Assembly: GCA_027452085.1 (NCBI GenBank)
Contig: DAIDHG010000025.1
Coordinates: forward strand, 1 to 12,507
DNA from: a bacterium
GTDB taxonomy: Bacteria > Babelota > Babeliae > Babelales > JABCYS01
Direction of reading: 5' to 3'
Length of the DNA stretch: 12,507 bases
The first letter of the stretch is position 1, and the number at the start of each line of letters is the position of its first letter. The translations under genes were made by a program, and so were the position numbers. Positions 6,713 to 12,507 of this stretch are shown here, one piece after another. A model generated the notes under the pieces. The model made no database searches. It saw only the letters and a list, made by a program, of their open reading frames with translations, and had not been told where the DNA came from.

Positions 6713-6723
6713 GGGAGTAGCCC

Positions 6724-9700
6724 ATGACGTCAATGAAGCAGTTGTTTCATCTCTTACTATGCGCGGGATTTATGACTGCGCCGTTAGTTGGTTCTATGCG
6801 AGAAGATTCTCGCGATAGAGATTGCCGTACGAGTTGTCTAAAAGGGTTATTGTGCGAGATTAAAAACGAGTTGAAGGCTACGAGCGCCTGTACCCGCAAC
6901 GTGACGCCAATTTATGCTGAAGATATTGGCACCACTGGGTATGTGATTGACCAGCCGGGCGATTATTGTTTAGCAGAAGAAGTGGTATTTAATCCAGGCC
7001 TCCCAGCAGGCACCGCCATTATTCAAATTTCAGATCCAACGGGATCAGGCGCTCAAACACTGGGCTTAGTCTCTGGTGGTGTGTTGCGTGGGGTGAACGT
7101 ATTGAGTGGCGGAAGTGGTTACACAAATCCAACAGCAATCGTAACTGGCGCTGGTTCTGGAGCGAGTGTAACGCCATTGTGGTCTGGTATTGATTTTGTT
7201 GAAGTAACAAATCCTGGTAGTGGATATGTAGCTGGTGAGACAACAGCCTCTATCGTTGGCACTGGGACTGGCGCGCAAATCATCCCGCAAGTTTCGGGAT
7301 CTGGCACGATCCAAGGATTTGAGATCACTGATCCAGGATATGGCTATACAACCGCGACCGTTGTGATTAGTGCTCCGACAAGTCTTACTCAACCCCCTAT
7401 TCAAGCTACGGCAACAGCCCATATTGCATCGGGCCAGATCGTAGGTTTTCAGGTGAATAGTGGCGGCGCCGGGTATACTGATACGGTACAGGCAGCTATT
7501 ACGATTAAATCATCAAATGTTAATTTGAATATCAATTATCCATTATCACAAGCTGGTGTTGATGCTCAAGGCAATGTCTCTTCAACACAGTGGCCATATG
7601 TGGTGGGAGTGCTGGTTCCTGAGGCGCCGAATGTGATCAACAACCCTGATGTAAATGCCATTGGGTATGAATCGATTTATATCGGTGGTGATCAGGGAAT
7701 TATCAATGGCTTTAGTATGCAAGGCATTAGCATATTTGGTCACGTGGCAGATCTGCAGCTGTCAAACCTCACCGTTAAAAACTGTGGTAAGTTAGCCGCG
7801 TTGGCAAACAGACCTTTCCCAGCATATCAACCAATCAATGGTGATCCCAGAGCTAATATAGTAATTGGTTTGCAGCCGCCAGTTTCGTTCCTTGTTGGTG
7901 GTATTCGCATCGGAGAAACAAATTTTTTAGGTCTCGGACCACAATTCTTTACCCAACGAATTGATGTACCTCAAAACCGAGTAAACTCAGTGGTTATCAA
8001 TAACGTTTCATGTCTCAACAATTTCTTTACTGGGCTGCTTATAGCAAATACCACGAATACAACCATCGATAATTCACATTTTGATAATACCTATTGCGAT
8101 GACCCTCAGCTTTATGTTGTTGGTGCATACTTAGGGCCGAATGTGAGCGATTTTGAATTTCCAAGTTTGTTGAATTTGGTTGTGCGTGATAGTACGTTTA
8201 ATAATAGTTCCCTACAAGGTGATTATACAACGCAGGCAGCAAACACTTTCGTTGCGTTGGGTGCTGCCTCTGGTAGATCCGTGAATATGACCTTTGAACG
8301 TTGTCAATTTAACAATACTACATCAACATTTGCCGGCGATTTAAACGTTACTACTGTTGTCGGCATGGTAAATGCGCGTATAGAGGATGTGAGCTGGATC
8401 GATTGTAATTTTGATGGTACTACATCGTTGTATGCTGCTGAAGGTGTTCATATCAGTGGTCATTCTTATTATAGCATGGATCCAATTGATCATGATACGT
8501 CTATCAAATCGGCTAAAAATATCCGCTTTATTCGTTGCACAGCGAACAATACCACGCAAAATGGACAACTACAGTTGCCAGCACCGGTCAGCGCATCGTC
8601 TGTTAGTACAGGGGGGCTTGCGATTGGATATGCCACATTCTATGTGAAAAACCTGTATTTCGAAGATTGTGTTGCAATGAATTCGGTTTGTAACGGTCCG
8701 TCAGTTCCTGCATTTGGTACGGCTATTGGCTTTTTCATTGGTAGCGGAGGTGATCAAGAGCCAGCAGAGTTTGAAGCAGACAACACGGTGTTGAAAGGTT
8801 GCGTTGCAGCCCGCATGACATCGGTGAACGGTGGCGCCGTGTGCGGAATACAACTACTTAACTATGCAGATTTTATAGCACCCTACACGCTGAAAACAAT
8901 TGCCCTTGAAGATTGCATTGTTGAGGGTTGTCAATCACTCGTTCCAACGTATACACAAGCGCCTTACAATGCTGTGCAGGATGTTGCTGTTGGTTTTTTC
9001 GATCTGAGAATATATGGTGCTGATTCTGGGTATCCAGTTTCGTATACCAACTGCAAAGCATTGCACAATAAGGGTGTGCCATCGATCAGCGGATATGCAG
9101 GGCTTCTTGGCGAACTGTACTCTGCAGGATTTGCTGTAGCCGGTGCTCCACTAACTTACGCACCTGAAGTTCCGTTCCCGGTAGAAAGGCGCAGCTTCTA
9201 TGGATGTGAAGCTATTGATAACGTATATGGCTTCTTGTTGAACAACTGCCAATATTGCGTGGTGCGTGATTGTCGTTCAGACTTTAACGTCGATAATATC
9301 ACGGGTGTCACCGGCGAAGGATTCACCGATCTTGGTATGGCAGAATTTGTTATTTCCACATCGGTGAATACGACGGTCGTTACACCAGGCCTATTTGACT
9401 TTGCGATTTGGACTGGTTCAGCGACTCCAGATGCCTATGCGGGAGACTACTTCTTCTTTACCAGTGGTGCAAATGCAGGATTGGGTGGTGTTATTACAGC
9501 ATATAGCGGCGCTCCTGACTATGTGATTAGTTCGCTACCGGTTGTGCCATTTTTTGGTTTAGCAGAGGGAGACGGGGTTATTATCCTTAAGCCTGGTTCG
9601 CCATTGGCGCCAAACCAAAGTACCTCATTATTCCAGGCAAATTCAGCATTTATGAATGGCCCACTTTCAAGCAATGCTCATTTTGGTACAAACCAAAACT

Positions 9701-9855
9701 ATAATGTGTGGTATAGCAATGGCCTTGGCGGGTTAGATAATGTGCCTACATTAACTGGTAACTTAACAAATCCTGGCGCGGTTGAAGGCGGCTACTTCTT
9801 CCCGCAACATGCAACCTATGCGCCGGTGCACAATATCTCAATTACCCAGTCGTAA
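6724..9855 (+). CDS. Large secreted right-handed parallel beta-helix protein (1043 aa) with inserted GxGY-repeat and phage-type beta domains
   Basis: RBS GAGGGAG; signal peptide MTSMKQLFHLLLCAGFMTAPLVG; beta-helix cap 'YVIDQPGDYCLAEEV...AAITIKSSNVNLNIN'; many PbH-type rungs (NLTVKNC, NTTIDNSHFDN, NMTFERCQFNN, NIRFIRCTANN, NLYFEDCVAMN, CVVRDCRSDFN). Confidence 0.85.
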   Translation: MTSMKQLFHLLLCAGFMTAPLVGSMREDSRDRDCRTSCLKGLLCEIKNELKATSACTRNVTPIYAEDIGTTGYVIDQPGDYCLAEEVVFNPGLPAGTAIIQISDPTGSGAQTLGLVSGGVLRGVNVLSGGSGYTNPTAIVTGAGSGASVTPLWSGIDFVEVTNPGSGYVAGETTASIVGTGTGAQIIPQVSGSGTIQGFEITDPGYGYTTATVVISAPTSLTQPPIQATATAHIASGQIVGFQVNSGGAGYTDTVQAAITIKSSNVNLNINYPLSQAGVDAQGNVSSTQWPYVVGVLVPEAPNVINNPDVNAIGYESIYIGGDQGIINGFSMQGISIFGHVADLQLSNLTVKNCGKLAALANRPFPAYQPINGDPRANIVIGLQPPVSFLVGGIRIGETNFLGLGPQFFTQRIDVPQNRVNSVVINNVSCLNNFFTGLLIANTTNTTIDNSHFDNTYCDDPQLYVVGAYLGPNVSDFEFPSLLNLVVRDSTFNNSSLQGDYTTQAANTFVALGAASGRSVNMTFERCQFNNTTSTFAGDLNVTTVVGMVNARIEDVSWIDCNFDGTTSLYAAEGVHISGHSYYSMDPIDHDTSIKSAKNIRFIRCTANNTTQNGQLQLPAPVSASSVSTGGLAIGYATFYVKNLYFEDCVAMNSVCNGPSVPAFGTAIGFFIGSGGDQEPAEFEADNTVLKGCVAARMTSVNGGAVCGIQLLNYADFIAPYTLKTIALEDCIVEGCQSLVPTYTQAPYNAVQDVAVGFFDLRIYGADSGYPVSYTNCKALHNKGVPSISGYAGLLGELYSAGFAVAGAPLTYAPEVPFPVERRSFYGCEAIDNVYGFLLNNCQYCVVRDCRSDFNVDNITGVTGEGFTDLGMAEFVISTSVNTTVVTPGLFDFAIWTGSATPDAYAGDYFFFTSGANAGLGGVITAYSGAPDYVISSLPVVPFFGLAEGDGVIILKPGSPLAPNQSTSLFQANSAFMNGPLSSNAHFGTNQNYNVWYSNGLGGLDNVPTLTGNLTNPGAVEGGYFFPQHATYAPVHNISITQS
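7021..7482 (+). repeat. Four tandem 35-43-aa 'GxGA...V(T/N)xxGxGY' protein repeats
   Basis: GSGY 7111-7122, GSGY 7216-7227, GYGY 7336-7347 and GAGY 7465-7476 (spacing 105, 120, 129 nt); diverged at the DNA level. Confidence 0.8.
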
Positions 9856-9882
9856 AGGAAATAGTTGTTTAACTAAACAGTA

Positions 9883-9924
9883 AAAGCAGAAAGCGCTTCC
9901 AATTAAGGAAGCGCTTTCTGCTTT
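9883..9924. terminator. Bidirectional intrinsic terminator between convergent genes
   Basis: Perfect 18-bp inverted repeat AAAGCAGAAAGCGCTTCC (9883-9900), loop AATTAA, GGAAGCGCTTTCTGCTTT (9907-9924), abutting the stop of the minus-strand gene. Confidence 0.85.
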
Positions 9925-11196
9925 CTAAAATGCCCACGAGCTGATCAAGCCAACCGTATTGACCAAGAATGCGTTTTTTCCATTCAATGGTTGCTTATAG
10001 AAGAAGGCAACATACGGATTGCCAAACCTGCAGCCCCAATCATGCGTACTAAAGTCGTAGCTGAATTTGTAAATGAATTGATGGATGGTCCATTCTTCTA
10101 AGGTGCGCGCTGTATTGGCAATCTCAGCTGAGAAGTTATTACAAAATGGCGTGATTCTATCATCGTCGTGTTTCCAGAATTGGTAGGTCCAACTTGCGGA
10201 GAATCCTGATTTAAAGAACTCCCAAAATACGTTAAAGCGATGAGTGAATCCGAAATCTTTGAGCGCTCGTGTTGTGCCTAGGCACAATAGATCTGTTTGC
10301 CCGATATGGGTCTTGATGCGTGCATCTACGTCATTATTGATTAAATCAATGAACTCAACGTCGACACCAAAGCGCATTAATGAGGTTAATTGCAGTTTGA
10401 GGCCAGCACCGATGATAAAACCAAATGTCTCATTTCCAAACGGAATGGCCAAAATATCATTAATGTTGGCCTTTGTACCTGTTGGAATATTCATGCCTAC
10501 ACGAATGTTGGTGCCAACACTTTTCAGAAACGGACGATGCTGAGGAAACCAACGGTCCCAGCAAATTAACGCTGCCAGATCACCCGCGCCGGTGCGTTGC
10601 CATGGGCACAGATCCAGGCAGCCTAAGCGCTTAACGTTTTCAGCAAAATTACCGGTAAGCAGCTCCTGCGTGAGTATATCAAGGTCGTTCTTCCGATTGG
10701 TTCGATCAGTAAACTGCGTGCGCGCTGATACTGTGGTAAAAGGAAAATATAGTCCAAAGGTAACGTGGTGATGTAATTTAAAACGGGCAGCGAGCACTGT
10801 GTGCTGCTTTACATCAAAGTCACCACACACGTCAAAATGACCACGCACACCATCGTCATTATTTATATCAAGCTGCTGAGCAAGCTGACTGATTTCTGTG
10901 TTTGGCGGAAATCCTTTGAGCATGGTCAATGCATTTTGCTCTTCTTGCCATACCTTGAAAACATTTACTTTGGTTTGATTGATCGCTGGATCGCATGTTT
11001 GCTCGCAGGCTCGCCGACCGATAGTATTTAATCCAAATTCTGTTGATACATTAATATCAAATCTGCTATCGGCTGGCCATGAAGGGCGCCAAAGGTTGAT
11101 GTCATCAGCTTGCCACAGGTTAATGGGAAATATGCCAAAGGCAGCGCTATTACCGATAAGTGAAATTGATAAAAGGAGTTTCTTGTGATGTTTCAT
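9925..11196 (-). CDS. Probable outer-membrane beta-barrel protein
   Basis: Signal peptide MKHHKKLLLSISLIGNSAAFG; alternating amphipathic strands (FGFIIGAGLKLQL, RFGVDVEF, FSASWTYQF, YKFSYDF, PYVAFFYK); 'GAGDL...VGMNIPTG' pattern seen in several barrel families; C-terminal Phe (ISSWAF) fits a BAM beta-signal. Confidence 0.7.
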   Translation of the reverse strand: MKHHKKLLLSISLIGNSAAFGIFPINLWQADDINLWRPSWPADSRFDINVSTEFGLNTIGRRACEQTCDPAINQTKVNVFKVWQEEQNALTMLKGFPPNTEISQLAQQLDINNDDGVRGHFDVCGDFDVKQHTVLAARFKLHHHVTFGLYFPFTTVSARTQFTDRTNRKNDLDILTQELLTGNFAENVKRLGCLDLCPWQRTGAGDLAALICWDRWFPQHRPFLKSVGTNIRVGMNIPTGTKANINDILAIPFGNETFGFIIGAGLKLQLTSLMRFGVDVEFIDLINNDVDARIKTHIGQTDLLCLGTTRALKDFGFTHRFNVFWEFFKSGFSASWTYQFWKHDDDRITPFCNNFSAEIANTARTLEEWTIHQFIYKFSYDFSTHDWGCRFGNPYVAFFYKQPLNGKNAFLVNTVGLISSWAF

Positions 11197-11214
11197 GAAA
11201 TATTCTCGTGGGTG

Positions 11215-12507
11215 CTATTCATATACTAAAAGGCCAGCACTGGTAGGTATTACAAATTCGCCGCTTGAGAGGCGAATGGGCATATGAATTGATGCGTATG
11301 AACTAAAAATTTGGTTATTGTTTCTTTGGGCATAAGCCTCTCCTGTTCGTGGTGCTCCGTATTGGTATAGTTGCATGGTAGAACCTTGTTGTTCTGCGTC
11401 ATAAATAACCGCTCCATCAGTAGCAATAAAACTACGGCGTCCGCCAAATTCAATCAAATATGAAGGTGAATCTTTAATCACACAATCATTAATTGGCTCA
11501 ACCGTATGATCATCGATTGGTGCTTTTGTTACATCGCCAATTGATAATCGATACAAGCGAGAAGAGTCGCCAGTTCCCTGTGCAAGTACATACAGCATAC
11601 CATTTCGAGCAACATCGTTTGGGTGTCCGGTTGGTGATAGCGCGAGTAGTTGACGGATTGGGCCATTATTTGTGCTGCTATCATGAGGAAGATCAACAAC
11701 TGTCCAATCAAGATCAGCCGCATGAGTAATTTCGGCCGATGAAATATCTTTACCTGAGCCAACGCGGAAGAGACCAAAACTGGTTGCTAATAGTCCTAGT
11801 TTATATGAGATACACATATCAGCAAAGCTGCCATACGGCATACCAACTGTTGTTGGTGTTGCAACTGTTAGTGGCACTATTGTTTTTTTCCCATTGAAGA
11901 GTTGTGCAATGTCGGATAAAGGAATGCGATCAAGCGTAGTGTTGGTAAGTACATACAAATAATGATCATCATTGGTTATTGATCGCACATGTCGATAATT
12001 GCCGATAGTTTTATGATGGTGAGTGCAGGCATCTGCGCTTCGTTCAATCCAGGTGTGCGCTATAGATTTCAATGCTATTAATCCGCGTGCGCCGCCGACA
12101 AAAATGAATTTCTCACCATCGCTACCATCTATTCTTTGGCAGGCATGGGCAGTGGTAAGCGGTGTAATTGCCGCAATAGATGATTGAGAAATTTCTTCTA
12201 TGATCTCATCTTCTACCACCACAAGCTTATGCGGATTAAGAGCAATGAGCTCATGTGGAAATTGTTTGAGCTCTGTGATGCCGCCGTGTTTGCCCAAAAA
12301 TTGTTCGTTGAGCTCCTTGAGCATTGGCTGCTCTATAATTGCATTCCAAGAGCCTCTTTTTATTTCATACTCATCATTACTATTTTTCGTCATGGTGATG
12401 AAGCGGACTGGTCGAGGAACCGTATTTGGACCATAGTGTAGATCAATCGTCGCAGCTAAAATCTCATCGGGCGAGCTCACCACCTTTTGCCATCGCGTCC
12501 AATTTTT
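11215..12507 (-). CDS. Hypothetical beta-propeller-like protein, C-terminal part (starts beyond the window end)
   Basis: The frame stays open past the listed GTG to the window edge (KNWTRWQKVVSSP...). Blade-like segments: FIFVGGARGLIAL, YLYVLTNTTLDRI, GLLATSFGLFRV, FVIPTSAGLLVYE. Ends 18 nt before the barrel gene, so probably co-transcribed. Confidence 0.7.
   Translation of the reverse strand, partial: KNWTRWQKVVSSPDEILAATIDLHYGPNTVPRPVRFITMTKNSNDEYEIKRGSWNAIIEQPMLKELNEQFLGKHGGITELKQFPHELIALNPHKLVVVEDEIIEEISQSSIAAITPLTTAHACQRIDGSDGEKFIFVGGARGLIALKSIAHTWIERSADACTHHHKTIGNYRHVRSITNDDHYLYVLTNTTLDRIPLSDIAQLFNGKKTIVPLTVATPTTVGMPYGSFADMCISYKLGLLATSFGLFRVGSGKDISSAEITHAADLDWTVVDLPHDSSTNNGPIRQLLALSPTGHPNDVARNGMLYVLAQGTGDSSRLYRLSIGDVTKAPIDDHTVEPINDCVIKDSPSYLIEFGGRRSFIATDGAVIYDAEQQGSTMQLYQYGAPRTGEAYAQRNNNQIFSSYASIHMPIRLSSGEFVIPTSAGLLVYE

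Noticed and set aside
6520..6720. Known riboswitch, T-box or amino-acid attenuator
   Set aside because: No consensus of a class I recognise and no run of one amino acid's codons in the uORF; an Rfam scan is needed to exclude this formally.
7021..7482. CRISPR array or DNA tandem repeat
   Set aside because: Periodicity exists only at the protein level; there are no identical nucleotide repeats with spacers.
878..12441. Remaining short ORFs (60-118 aa) overlapping the long genes
   Set aside because: They are antisense or alternate-frame shadows of well-supported CDSs, with no motifs of their own.

Overview
Bacterial window of roughly 40-45% GC (by eye). The protein families resemble those of Candidatus Dependentiae/Babelota (TM6); this is recognition, not a database result. 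The left half is a minus-strand type II secretion pseudopilus operon, gspF-G-H-I-J-K, followed by the 5' end of an MCE/MlaD gene that the ORF track missed. gspJ is split by a 1-nt frameshift at an A8 run. gspH carries a ~258-bp nested-palindromic element inserted in frame in its cleavable prepilin leader, and part of that element nearly duplicates a 22-nt stretch of the operon's candidate promoter. The right half has a divergent secreted hypothetical gene and a 1043-aa secreted beta-helix protein with two phage-structural-type insertions. That gene is preceded by an attenuator-like leader (53-codon uORF, intrinsic terminator, loop-downstream 9-bp pairing). A perfect bidirectional terminator follows, then two convergent minus-strand genes: a probable outer-membrane beta-barrel and a partial beta-propeller-like protein. 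No rRNA, tRNA, CRISPR array or transposase was seen.
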